Source: Klebsiella phage KPN8. From it: a DNA stretch of 64,000 nucleotides. The notes under the pieces are model-generated. The model searched no databases. It saw only the letters and a program-made list of their open reading frames with translations, and was not told where the DNA came from. The stretch lies in the sequence record OP079919.1; one strand, 5' to 3'. A program made the translations under genes and the position numbers. The number at the start of each line of letters is the position of its first letter. Position 1 is the stretch's first letter. Shown here one piece after another: positions 47,501-56,247 of this stretch.

Positions 47501-48026
47501 TAGTGACGAATTTTACATTACCATGATTCCTAAAGTAGGGAGAGTGACCATTTACGGCATTGATGTGTTAACCGAGATGGCGAATACTGGATCGATCGCA
47601 ACAGTAAACGGGACGCGATATGTGACCGCTCACACTTATCCAGCGGATAACTGGTATGTGTACTTTACCAACGCGATTAACGTAACGATAGAAGGCGGCA
47701 GTTATCTCATGCCGACTGGCAGTATATCGCTTTACGACATTGTAAGTAATCCCGTTGATAAGACGTTCTACGTTTATATCAGGTTGAACGGAACCAAAGC
47801 GGAATATTTCGTTACTACCAAAAAGCTTTACGTTTCTAGCAAAATGTTGTTTGTTGCGACGATAACGACTAACGATAAAGGGATCAGCAGCATCGATCTT
47901 CTCCAACCGATGATGGTGGGAGATTTGGTACTCTCTAACGTTCGTCGTGGTCAAGCAATTCCTGTTGTGGACGGGTCGCTGGGTCAAGAAGCAACTGTGG
48001 TATGGAAACGCAGCCAAGATAATTAA
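44514..48026 (+). CDS. tail fiber / receptor-binding protein 3 (1170 aa)
   Basis: SD AGGTG; N-terminal module with PFY, TDYVLEGL, KPHIHNVETE, LLGNVDN, LPLSYYGTDFYIPPPIEGDFKG (next gene: LPIARYGENFYIPPVIDGSFKG). Confidence 0.7.
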   Translation: MSDFKILSFDPRGDNADNLLTEQVTLDDTTLDYIKPDYSPFYSSTVVIADKDGQVRSEGTDYVLEGLVVPLVKTSGKDVKAYIRIVNTELYAKSPLSIQYHSCGINHFPRDMVKNTPTGSEGNNLPVDWNTQVLGKPDSYPFKPHIHNVETEIAAWTDLADEIEEIYQYRKNHILAKYQELKGLSDAVWAATDITAKQLRDNVMNHDRDLDNPHDVDAADVLLGNVDNFATATANDELLGLADKFSTPLGAQSILNNSLQSTDGYHHIGRLPLSYYGTDFYIPPPIEGDFKGMWTNCETAGFCLEDNGTLMMLANASDGKHNGLFYTTIENWDSTNPKVRYTGYPYQWGNLDYRKLNAIVEGSGKDVMIVGNRVSQDWYITLTKGTFDPAKHNLHKISFDTTPPGMWDNYVVNERFPWFDISKVFVAGNYVWLMYLNHQYFSNELRMAKDLYFYRIPLSAFDTDGPLVFQAVTLTSAHNVFGTLFSNVKPLRMTDPVKKSNGYYNNSWCRTSLDLVSSYQWIKSVIIPTDYDATSNKKLIYLETRMHNYYYNGSVYNFYTPALQFIYIFDPDNNTFLLHPDSGRNYLIDLGNTSNNPQRVEGRMGNGDNWVNIGRSQRPSICAMNGYIVKSEINQTYTTFKLKTDLLSWFKDPYSGATGGTNALTYIKKSYPMVEPPGAVQSSYFDGAEIYGVYGPDPTKVNNGSIRMGLYLRTGLGDYSNHPEMRWDNTNLMIRLPSNQDFKIAGGGNYARCSVTGDAAALTAAGTTIGWTGFSVYEDRGIFDKFTNWPAQPSNQVVLPGNITWDTSIPGVATAQVNSTVKYPTTIVNQIKAVLTNGIGATKYSSFTLYDFTYSPFADVYSVATLFYTKPGSAGLWTRFILFKPTVTTSGTVKTVTGYSVLYNSGEVVNDGSRFFANIDMTYFRGYDTYPIVEVYVNKTTGIHYYNIYPGVCFYPSGSTTAYAVSYIVQSRIQLQRATSNNAITVTENTTRPTWYSDEFYITMIPKVGRVTIYGIDVLTEMANTGSIATVNGTRYVTAHTYPADNWYVYFTNAINVTIEGGSYLMPTGSISLYDIVSNPVDKTFYVYIRLNGTKAEYFVTTKKLYVSSKMLFVATITTNDKGISSIDLLQPMMVGDLVLSNVRRGQAIPVVDGSLGQEATVVWKRSQDN

Positions 48027-48038
48027 TCGTTTTCACAC

Positions 48039-48057
48039 GGGGGAGTAACCCTCCCCC
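48039..48057 (+). other. GC hairpin without U tract between fiber genes (attenuator or processing site rather than full terminator)
   Basis: GGGGGAG-TAACC-CTCCCCC immediately followed by the SD of the next gene. Confidence 0.3.
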
Positions 48058-48071
48058 TAAGAGGTCAGATA

Positions 48072-51000
48072 ATGATCATTTTAGATGAAACCATTCCTCC
48101 TAATGGTCAAGAGGATGAGCGCTTCGGTCTTTTACTTTACGCGTTAACCGACTACGGGATTAAAAGGGAGTTACAGCACGTCGCCAGTGTGGCTGTGTTG
48201 ACCGATAAAGTTGCCGAAGCGAATGCTAAGATGACATCGGTCAGCTCAGCGGTAAACGATGCTCTTGACGCCCACATTGCGACAAAAGGCCCTATCCATG
48301 GGGAGACCAAGGAAACGATAGGTCTGGGTCTTGTTGACAATTTACGGACAGCCACGTTAGAAGAACATGTTGACGGCAGTGACGATCTGTTCTGTACTCC
48401 CGCCGGGGTAAAGTACGCGGCTCAGTTTTTGGTTGAACCTGATTACACCGGGTTTATTCCACAGACAGTTCTTCCTATTGCCTATTTCAAAAGACTGACT
48501 GGAGATCTGAGTATTAACTCAATCTCTTTCAGTCCATGGACTCAGAGCAATAAGAAAGGTAACCTGTACATCACAGACGGTGCTTATTACGTCAGTCTGT
48601 TAAGTAAGAATGGCGGTGGAGTCAACTACCTGAGTGATCTTTTAACATCAAGGGATTTGATGTACTTCACACCTAGTGGTGGGACGACGGTACCTAAACT
48701 GGCGTACGGTTGGAACGCTAAGACGGGATACCAAACTCTGAGTGATGGTTCGAAGCAACTTACCTTTTTCGATTACACTCATAATGGCACCGGTGGGGAG
48801 TTCGCTCTTAATTTTTCGGGGTCTGTAACAGGTGACTATCTGTCGACCTTATTCGATCCTTTACTCGACACGTCTTCTTTAATAGGCGGGCTACGCTTAA
48901 CTCAGGCTGGATTAAATGTCAGTCTGACGACCATTACCCAGCCGGATGAGTCGGTCGCAACGCTACTGGTGGATAACACCACTGGGTTCAGTTTTAACGC
49001 TATAGGACCAAAGGGAACGGTCAGAACAGGAACCATTAACAACCTCATTCCTTTAGCTGACTTCATTACTGTAACGGACGCTACGGCGGTTACAATTGAC
49101 CCGACCTACACAGCCATTGACCAAACCCACGGCTATGGGAATATGGAATGGGAAGTTAAGGGAAAATCTGCGATTCTTTACACAGATGCTATCCTGAGGA
49201 CAACATTCCAGGGAGTCGTTAAGAAGATCGTCGCCAGAATAGCGTTAAGGTTGACGATAAGTGGGTCCACTTACACGATCGCTCCCTTGTCTCAAGTGAG
49301 TATGGCGACAATAACTGCTGGCGCTATTGCTGTATCTGGGAACATCCTTTTTGAAGAAGAAATTGATAGCGCTTTACACCCCGTTTACGGAAAAGGTCCG
49401 TTCTTAAGCGAGGGTGGACACGCCACATCAATGGCTTCCAACCAAAGCTTCTTCTTAAGGGCGTTTACTCACGATCTAACCAGCCTCGTTGACCTGGCTA
49501 AAAACTACCATGAAACCCTTTCTCTCTCCGGAGAGTATACAAAGGAATATCCGGGTAGTTTTGCTGCCCCGATAGGGGTGAACATTAAACGCTTCATACC
49601 GTTTAATAGCACTGCTTCGGGGTTAAAGGTTTTGACCTATCCGATGGCCAATACCTCAGAAGATTACTACGGAGTATTAAGTTGGGATAGTCCTCAGATT
49701 CTCCAGTCGTCTAAGAACAAGCCGCTGTATTATCGGTTCAAGCAGGCGAGCTCTTTAACCAACTTTACATTAAGCTCTACCATACCGGCCAGACTGATTG
49801 TTAACTCCGGTGCTGATGGCAGTGTTACTGTGAGGGGGCTGAGTTTCTTACGCAGTGATTATACTGCCGGTACGGGTAAACTGGTCATTACGGAGAATGA
49901 GGTTAAAGCGTCTGAAACTTGGGCGTTGGATGCGGATTCCATTACCACGATGGAATCTATCTTGTCAACATTCTCCACCAGAAGTCACACAGCGTACTCT
50001 TCTGCCGGCGTGGCGTACGACGCAACCAAACAGTCAATGAGCTGGTCTGTTGGGATTTTGACGACCTCTGACGACATTACCGCAGTAACAAGATGTGTTG
50101 TGTTATTATCGGATGGTTGCGGTTATGTGGGGTGTCAAATCGTTCCTACGACACCTAATAGCGGAACAAGAACGTTTACCATCAACAGAGCGTCATTGGG
50201 TACGCTGACATCCATGACTTTTGGGATGGCTGCCGTTCCTGATTTTAGTGCGGCCGAATATCTGACCCCGCCGGCGTACAACGACATAATGGTATTAACT
50301 CGTTCCGATAATTCGTTAGAGATCGCATTTAATAACGCGTTTAAAACGAAATACGGGATGGCGTCATTCTTATATTCCGGAACAACGCTGACACTGGATA
50401 AAATAGAAAATCCAAGAGTCAGTGTAGGGAATTTTCCCATCATCGGGAAACGTGGCTGTTGCCCTATCAGTATTCCTTACTACGGTATTTTCAGGATGAC
50501 GGATAACGAAGAGGAGTTCTTCAACGCCAACCTCAATCGTTATCTTAACCAATATGGCGATTTAACGGACGACGTAGTCACTATGGGGGGGTCGGATTAT
50601 CACCTAATCAGAATCCCTGCCGGGACCAAAGTGTTCTTGGATGGTCGAGAATTCCAAATGATCTCCGGTTTAGTCGTCTATGCTCAGGTAGGAGTGACGT
50701 CGTATATTTATCTCACAGCGGCGGCTGATAACGTGATGGCCGAGGCCAGAACCGTAAAATCAGAACCTGCTGTTGATGAAATCATTTACGCGGTAATGGA
50801 TGAAGCAGGGAATCTCGTTATCAACGACACGTACACCGTCATTGATGGGTTCGCGGTATCCTACACTCGTCAGGGTAGCTCTATCCCGTACACGACGGGT
50901 TACCCTATGGATCTTGGCGAAACACTCTTCTTTAAAACAACCTTTGGGGATCCTGATCTTGATGTAATCATGAACGCCACCATGCCAGAGTTTGGCGGGA

Positions 51001-51287
51001 TGGAGTACATGCCTGATCTTGATGAGGAGATCAACGACATCATTCCTTCTTGGGATAATCTCGAAGATCAAGCCATGGACCTCATGATGAACCAGATTCT
51101 CCCAGAGGATATTGGAACATTAGAGGAAAATATCGATGAGTGCATCAACGAAATTCAACCTGAGTACGTCGAAGACTACAGAGATTCCAACGACATCATT
51201 GTTAACCAATTGATGCCGGAAATCGGTATGTCTCGATTTGTATTGACGGATTATATCGTTAACCAGATCTTACCTGATTCGGAATAA
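48072..51287 (+). CDS. tail fiber / receptor-binding protein 4 (1071 aa) with acidic C-terminal NQ(I/L)(L/M)PE repeats
   Basis: SD AAGAGG; shares HxH...GLGLVDN...LPIAYF motif with neighbours but lacks VVPRxAPFF module. Confidence 0.65.
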   Translation: MIILDETIPPNGQEDERFGLLLYALTDYGIKRELQHVASVAVLTDKVAEANAKMTSVSSAVNDALDAHIATKGPIHGETKETIGLGLVDNLRTATLEEHVDGSDDLFCTPAGVKYAAQFLVEPDYTGFIPQTVLPIAYFKRLTGDLSINSISFSPWTQSNKKGNLYITDGAYYVSLLSKNGGGVNYLSDLLTSRDLMYFTPSGGTTVPKLAYGWNAKTGYQTLSDGSKQLTFFDYTHNGTGGEFALNFSGSVTGDYLSTLFDPLLDTSSLIGGLRLTQAGLNVSLTTITQPDESVATLLVDNTTGFSFNAIGPKGTVRTGTINNLIPLADFITVTDATAVTIDPTYTAIDQTHGYGNMEWEVKGKSAILYTDAILRTTFQGVVKKIVARIALRLTISGSTYTIAPLSQVSMATITAGAIAVSGNILFEEEIDSALHPVYGKGPFLSEGGHATSMASNQSFFLRAFTHDLTSLVDLAKNYHETLSLSGEYTKEYPGSFAAPIGVNIKRFIPFNSTASGLKVLTYPMANTSEDYYGVLSWDSPQILQSSKNKPLYYRFKQASSLTNFTLSSTIPARLIVNSGADGSVTVRGLSFLRSDYTAGTGKLVITENEVKASETWALDADSITTMESILSTFSTRSHTAYSSAGVAYDATKQSMSWSVGILTTSDDITAVTRCVVLLSDGCGYVGCQIVPTTPNSGTRTFTINRASLGTLTSMTFGMAAVPDFSAAEYLTPPAYNDIMVLTRSDNSLEIAFNNAFKTKYGMASFLYSGTTLTLDKIENPRVSVGNFPIIGKRGCCPISIPYYGIFRMTDNEEEFFNANLNRYLNQYGDLTDDVVTMGGSDYHLIRIPAGTKVFLDGREFQMISGLVVYAQVGVTSYIYLTAAADNVMAEARTVKSEPAVDEIIYAVMDEAGNLVINDTYTVIDGFAVSYTRQGSSIPYTTGYPMDLGETLFFKTTFGDPDLDVIMNATMPEFGGMEYMPDLDEEINDIIPSWDNLEDQAMDLMMNQILPEDIGTLEENIDECINEIQPEYVEDYRDSNDIIVNQLMPEIGMSRFVLTDYIVNQILPDSE

Positions 51288-51294
51288 CGTTTAT

Positions 51295-51333
51295 AGTGGA
51301 GAGGGGCTCGCGCCCCTCTCCACTATATTTATT
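51295..51333. terminator. bidirectional terminator
   Basis: GTGGAGAGGGG...CCCCTCTCCAC stem then TATATTTATTGTT; between convergent genes. Confidence 0.65.
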
Positions 51334-51334
51334 G

Positions 51335-52321
51335 TTAACCACCGCCAACTGGCATACCACCTGTACCGCTGCCACCTGAATTGCTATGACGATGCCTCAA
51401 TAGGGATACCGCACCGCCTCCTGCGGTAACGTCGCCTTTGGCATTTATAGATTCTTCTGCGTTAATGGTTCCTGAACACCGCATGGTTCCATCACCGCCT
51501 TCACCCGCAATTGTGGTAATGTTACCCGCCACACCCAGGTTACCAATAACTGATGTGTTAGCCTTTATATTCACCCCTTCTGGAGCAACGACGTTGACAT
51601 CTTGCGCACTAACCAGCATTTGTTTGCAGATTATGCTTAATAGTTTATCGGCACTAATTCCAAATGTGTCCGCGCACTTAATTAAGATGTTCATCTTAGC
51701 CAGTGTAATTTCTGACCCATCCTGATTTCGTACGCTCGTGGTGTGTGACATCGAATCAGTAGCGATAATGTTGCCTTCGCCATCCCCTAGTAGAACAGTA
51801 CCTGCCTGAGCATCTACCTGGAACTGATATTTGGTCTTCTCTCCATTAGCTTGGGATGTCATAAACCCAACCTTACCCGTATGAGTAGAGATCTCAAACG
51901 TGTAATAGTTATCCAGAGAGAATTCAGCATTCTCGTCTAAATTAGGATTGGCGGAAAATCCCCAAACCACTGTCTCCAGTCGTTTAGTCTTCGTATCGAC
52001 CCCATGGAGTGTCCAGAGTAATTGATCTGAATCTCCATACCGATATATGGCAACTGGTGTCCCTTCTCTGACATCCGGAGCTGTCATTCGGTTACCGCCG
52101 TCACCCATCCACTTAGCCGTCACTGAGTTAGATCCCAAAACCTGAGAAGTTTTGTTAGTTCCGTCGGCTGTTTGCGATGTTTGAACAGAGGTTTGGGCTG
52201 TGGCTACTTCCCTACCATCAGCCATCATGTTATACGATGGAAGGGAAACGGTAATTTCTTTTGAGTCAGTTTGTTTAGTCGATGTTACCGTTCCGACACC
52301 TAAACAATTCAGTAAATTCAT
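51335..52321 (-). CDS. baseplate central spike (P2 gpV-like) with beta-helix and His-rich apex
   Basis: VxGxxxV beta-helical repeats near C-terminus (VNVVAPEGVNIKANTSVIGNLGVAGNITTIAGEGGDG) and apex LLRHRHSNSGGSGTGG resembling P2 gpV HTHKHPGDSGGTTG. Confidence 0.5.
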   Translation of the reverse strand: MNLLNCLGVGTVTSTKQTDSKEITVSLPSYNMMADGREVATAQTSVQTSQTADGTNKTSQVLGSNSVTAKWMGDGGNRMTAPDVREGTPVAIYRYGDSDQLLWTLHGVDTKTKRLETVVWGFSANPNLDENAEFSLDNYYTFEISTHTGKVGFMTSQANGEKTKYQFQVDAQAGTVLLGDGEGNIIATDSMSHTTSVRNQDGSEITLAKMNILIKCADTFGISADKLLSIICKQMLVSAQDVNVVAPEGVNIKANTSVIGNLGVAGNITTIAGEGGDGTMRCSGTINAEESINAKGDVTAGGGAVSLLRHRHSNSGGSGTGGMPVGGG

Positions 52322-52371
52322 ACCCTGTCCCTTTATTTATAAGACTTTGTCATTTAAAAAATGGTTACTAT

Positions 52372-54846
52372 ATGATCGTTAAGCTGATATTAAAAGGTTA
52401 CATTCCTTTGAACACCAAAGGAGTAGAATATTTTGAAACGGATCAATTGGGCTTAATGAATATCCTGATTGGACGCAATGGACATGGGAAGAGTTCCATA
52501 CTCAACGAGGCTTCACCGATGCCTCCTGAAAACGCCGACTATGTAGAAGACGGATATAAATACGTCGAAATAATTAATAAGGGAAAACGGTATTATTTGG
52601 AATCTTTCACGGGATCAAAAAGCAAACACTCGTTTAAAGATTCAGAAGGTAACGAACTCAACTCAGGTGGTACCCAAGCGGTACAAAAAGAACTGGTTAA
52701 ACAGTATTTCGACCTCACCCCGCTGTACTTTAAAGTTCTTACCGCAATCAACGAAAACTATCGTTTCACAGCATTAGGGGTGGCGGAAAGAAAGTTCCTC
52801 TTAATGGACCTCTACCCTAACGATACCAAATACGCGCTGATTGTCTATAACAAAATCAAATCAGCGTATAGCGATACTGTAGGGGCGTTAAAGAACCAAA
52901 GTCAGAGATTGATTGAGGAACAGCAACGCGTAAGTGCCTTAGGAGGAAAAACCAAAGAAGAACTCCTCCACGACATCTCTCAGCTCGATAAACGTATTAA
53001 CGAAATTGTTTACCTGCAAGGAGAACTCAACGGAACGCCTAACGTTAGCGGGGATCTTCGTTTAGAAATTGAGGATTTCAATAGTAAAGTAAAATCCTTG
53101 CTCGTGATGGGGATGACTACAGGGACACTGTCACGTCAACAGTTAATAGCGAGCATCGAGAGTTTAAAAGCTTCGTTGGTTTATCACGAAACCCAGCAGA
53201 AGATGTATCAGACGCAACTGAATGATATTTCCTCTGCGATGAGTGGACTGGAGTTGAAAGACCACGACCCTAAACAATTTGAAACGCAGCTGTTGGATCT
53301 CGAGTATCGTCATGCTGTACTCGAAACGGTATTGAACGACTCGGAAGAACTCATCAAACGAGAACCGTTTATTTCCGAACACCGGGAACGGTTGATTAAT
53401 CTTGCTCCTGGTTTCAGAACCTTGATAGATCGGATAAACTTAATCCCCCTTTGTTCTAATCCAGAGTTAACCACGAGTCAGTACCAAAACTGGTTAGACA
53501 AGTCTGAACAGATTTTTAACGAAGGTAAACAATCCAGAGTTGAGTTGGAACACGTCCAACATCAACTCAAACATTATCGTGATGCTTCAGAAGTCCAGTG
53601 TCCTGAATGCTCTTCTCAGTTTAAACCTGGGTTCGATAAGACCTACGAATCTAAATTGATTAAACAGGAAGATGGATTAAAATCGACCATTGCTCACCTA
53701 ACGAGTAAGTATAAACAATACAAACAAACCCTCGCTTTGGATCAAGAATGGTTCAGCCAAATGAGGGCTTTGGAACAGTACGTAGAAAGCAGTCATGAAG
53801 CGAAATTCTTACTTCATCTGTTAAGCGAATATAAGGTCGGTTATGAGCCAGCCGATAGACTCATAAACGTCATTAAAACGCTCGCTACGACGCTGGATTA
53901 TAAGAAACAACATGATGCCTTGACCGAAGAAATAAACGTCTTAAAAACCCGTATAAACGTGTTTAAAACGAATAATATGGAAGAGGCTCTGGCCGCGTAC
54001 TCACTCAGCGAAGAAAGGCTGGGTGATAGTAATCGTGCAATTCGTCGCTGTATGACGTTGATGAGGGAGCATCAGAAGACCTTAAAGGATTATGACGCTT
54101 ACGAAATAACGATTGACGCGATCAGAGAAGGGCAAGCAAGAATCCTCGACTTATTACGGGATGAGGGTAAAGTAAGTTTGCATAGAAGACTCAACGAAGT
54201 AATGTCAAGTCTTCTCCCTCAGAAAGATGAAGTCATGTCTCTGATGATCAGACAGGAGTCGTTAAAGACTCTGGTCGAGTCTATCGAAGATAACATTGCG
54301 GGTCTTAAGAAAAGACAATCTGATCTTAAGATCTTGATGGACGGACTCTGCCCTAAGAAAGGATACATCGGGGAATTGATGAAGGACTTTATTACCGCAA
54401 TTTGTGCGAACATGAACGCGGTAATACGGGACATATGGAGTACACCTCTCTTTGTTAAACCGTGTGTTAATAAGAAAGGTGAAATGGATTATAACTTCCC
54501 AGTTATTAATGGCGACTCTAGCAGAACAGCTTCTGACGTGGCTAAATGTAGCGGGGGAGAAAAGGAGATTATTAACTTCGCATTTCGGTTAGTTGTCTCA
54601 CGGTACGTGAAATACGACAGTCCTCTTTTCTTGGACGAGGTTGGCGTTAACATGGACGAATACCACCGTGGTCGCTTCTTTGATTATGTCAAACGACTGA
54701 TGGCGACGGGTAAGATCGATCAATGTTTTATGATCAGTCATTACTCTTCACAATACGGACTTATGGACAACGCCAACATTATTGCTTTAAATACAGAAGG
54801 TTTAACGGTTCCCCCTAACGTCAATCTCAGTACAACGATAAGGTAA
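52372..54846 (+). CDS. Rad50/SbcC-family recombination ATPase (T4 gp46-like) with zinc hook
   Basis: ATG 52372 chosen inside the longer ORF; N-terminal LIGRNGHGKSSILNEA (T4 gp46 ITGRNGGGKSTMLEA); mid-protein CPEC hook (T4 CPTC); C-terminal signature SGGEKEIINFAF and D-loop LFLDEVG; long coiled-coil between. Confidence 0.75.
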   Translation: MIVKLILKGYIPLNTKGVEYFETDQLGLMNILIGRNGHGKSSILNEASPMPPENADYVEDGYKYVEIINKGKRYYLESFTGSKSKHSFKDSEGNELNSGGTQAVQKELVKQYFDLTPLYFKVLTAINENYRFTALGVAERKFLLMDLYPNDTKYALIVYNKIKSAYSDTVGALKNQSQRLIEEQQRVSALGGKTKEELLHDISQLDKRINEIVYLQGELNGTPNVSGDLRLEIEDFNSKVKSLLVMGMTTGTLSRQQLIASIESLKASLVYHETQQKMYQTQLNDISSAMSGLELKDHDPKQFETQLLDLEYRHAVLETVLNDSEELIKREPFISEHRERLINLAPGFRTLIDRINLIPLCSNPELTTSQYQNWLDKSEQIFNEGKQSRVELEHVQHQLKHYRDASEVQCPECSSQFKPGFDKTYESKLIKQEDGLKSTIAHLTSKYKQYKQTLALDQEWFSQMRALEQYVESSHEAKFLLHLLSEYKVGYEPADRLINVIKTLATTLDYKKQHDALTEEINVLKTRINVFKTNNMEEALAAYSLSEERLGDSNRAIRRCMTLMREHQKTLKDYDAYEITIDAIREGQARILDLLRDEGKVSLHRRLNEVMSSLLPQKDEVMSLMIRQESLKTLVESIEDNIAGLKKRQSDLKILMDGLCPKKGYIGELMKDFITAICANMNAVIRDIWSTPLFVKPCVNKKGEMDYNFPVINGDSSRTASDVAKCSGGEKEIINFAFRLVVSRYVKYDSPLFLDEVGVNMDEYHRGRFFDYVKRLMATGKIDQCFMISHYSSQYGLMDNANIIALNTEGLTVPPNVNLSTTIR

Positions 54847-54850
54847 TGCC

Positions 54851-55135
54851 ATGTTGACCTTTACTACCACGGTGCGTAATAAAGCCGACAAGCTCGCAGC
54901 GGAACTCGATAAGGTTATCAGTAACTCATCGACGAACCCTCGTAAAGCGACTTGGTTATTGCGTTACGCCAATGTCATTAACTACGCAAACGTCAATGGA
55001 TTAACATTAGTTGAATTCAATACCAGGGCCGAAACTATTCGCAAATGGATAGCGACGGGGCATGTTTTCTTTGAGGGTAACAAAGCCATCTCTCTTGAAG
55101 AAATCGGTATGGATTTCAATACCGGTCGCCGGTAA
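54851..55135 (+). CDS. hypothetical small protein (94 aa)
   Basis: SD AAGGTAA; followed by strong terminator. Confidence 0.6.
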   Translation: MLTFTTTVRNKADKLAAELDKVISNSSTNPRKATWLLRYANVINYANVNGLTLVEFNTRAETIRKWIATGHVFFEGNKAISLEEIGMDFNTGRR

Positions 55136-55167
55136 AATAAGACAGATCTATATTATCTTAGAGAACC

Positions 55168-55210
55168 GTGAAGGGTGTCTCATTTTCTCTTACACCCTTC
55201 ACTTTTTACT
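55168..55210 (+). terminator. rho-independent terminator
   Basis: GTGAAGGGTGT/ACACCCTTCAC 11 bp stem then TTTTTACT. Confidence 0.75.
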
Positions 55211-55225
55211 ACGAGGAAATAAAAA

Positions 55226-55894
55226 ATGAAGACCGCATTTGGTTTAATGTTCATTCTTATCATGGGGATAAGTAGCGCATTCGCATCAGTGAGTACATCT
55301 CAGTCGGATTATCACTATTTTAATAAACAGAAAACTTACATTTTCGAAGCATCCAAACTTACGGGGATCTCCCCTGAATTAGTTACCGCAATAGGTTCCA
55401 TAGAAAGTGGCCTGGGGCGTAATAAAGTTAATCGGTATTCTAAAGTCAAAGGTGTGATGCAAACCACCAAGCGGACTTATAACTCTAACCTCAAGAAACA
55501 CCACGAAAGACTTGGGTTATCTCCTAACGCTTCTATCAAAAACGATAGAGCAAATATCTTAGTTGCTACCGCAGCATTAGCAGATAACAAACGTTACTTA
55601 GAGAAAGTCACGAATAAAAAAATCACAGATGGGGATGTGTTCATTTCCCATCTGGTAGGTTTAGGTGGCGCAGCTAAAATAATCAAAGGCAAACCCAACG
55701 CCCCCATAAGCCGTTATATCGCACTTCATAAAGGTAACATGCGACTCTATACTGACAAAGGACGGGTATTGACCGTGGCGCAGTTTAGGAGGAGTATGGA
55801 TCGGCTGGTAAAGAAAGAAAGCGCGAAGTATGCCGTGGTTATCAATCAGAACAAGTTGGATCGTTTGATAACAGCTGTCGCGTATAATCAATAA
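55226..55894 (+). CDS. lytic transglycosylase (SLT domain) with N-terminal signal/SAR-like segment; endolysin candidate
   Basis: MKTAFGLMFILIMGISSAFASVS weakly hydrophobic Gly/Ser/Ala-rich N-terminus; catalytic region AIGSIESGLGRN...KGVMQTTKRTY (ES...GLMQ family 1 motif). Confidence 0.6.
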   Translation: MKTAFGLMFILIMGISSAFASVSTSQSDYHYFNKQKTYIFEASKLTGISPELVTAIGSIESGLGRNKVNRYSKVKGVMQTTKRTYNSNLKKHHERLGLSPNASIKNDRANILVATAALADNKRYLEKVTNKKITDGDVFISHLVGLGGAAKIIKGKPNAPISRYIALHKGNMRLYTDKGRVLTVAQFRRSMDRLVKKESAKYAVVINQNKLDRLITAVAYNQ

Positions 55895-55935
55895 ATTTCC
55901 ACCGATCGAATCCTTTATATAGGAGGATGTTTACT

Positions 55936-55970
55936 GTGGGTTGAGCGTGGTAACTTAACCCACTCTTTTT
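55936..55970 (+). terminator. putative terminator
   Basis: GTGGGTT/AACCCAC stem with large loop, then TCTTTTT. Confidence 0.45.
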
Positions 55971-55984
55971 AAAGAGGCAGTATT

Positions 55985-56242
55985 GTGAACAAGACAATGC
56001 AATTTTCCCTTAACGACAAAGGGGTTTTAGTACAAGACGACAACGGTAACATTCCCGTTCAAATTATTGAAAATCAGACTGAGGACGGGCGTAAAACAGC
56101 CGCTATCGTATTCGGTGGAGAAACCCAAGGTTTCGCTTGTTTCGATTCTAATCAGAATAAACCGATAAGCGTAATCCCCTCCAAACCGTTTCAAGATCCA
56201 AATCTCGATGAATCGCTGTACAATATTTGTAAAGCCATCTGA
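55985..56242 (+). CDS. hypothetical small protein (about 85 aa), start GTG 55985 or ATG 55997
   Basis: AGAGG 7 nt upstream of GTG. Confidence 0.5.
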   Translation: MNKTMQFSLNDKGVLVQDDNGNIPVQIIENQTEDGRKTAAIVFGGETQGFACFDSNQNKPISVIPSKPFQDPNLDESLYNICKAI

Positions 56243-56247
56243 TTTAA

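Noticed and set aside
55895-55984. tRNA-like T-loop resemblance (GATCGAATCC) in intergenic region
   Set aside because: No complementary T-stem, acceptor stem or anticodon arm can be drawn, so it is not a tRNA.
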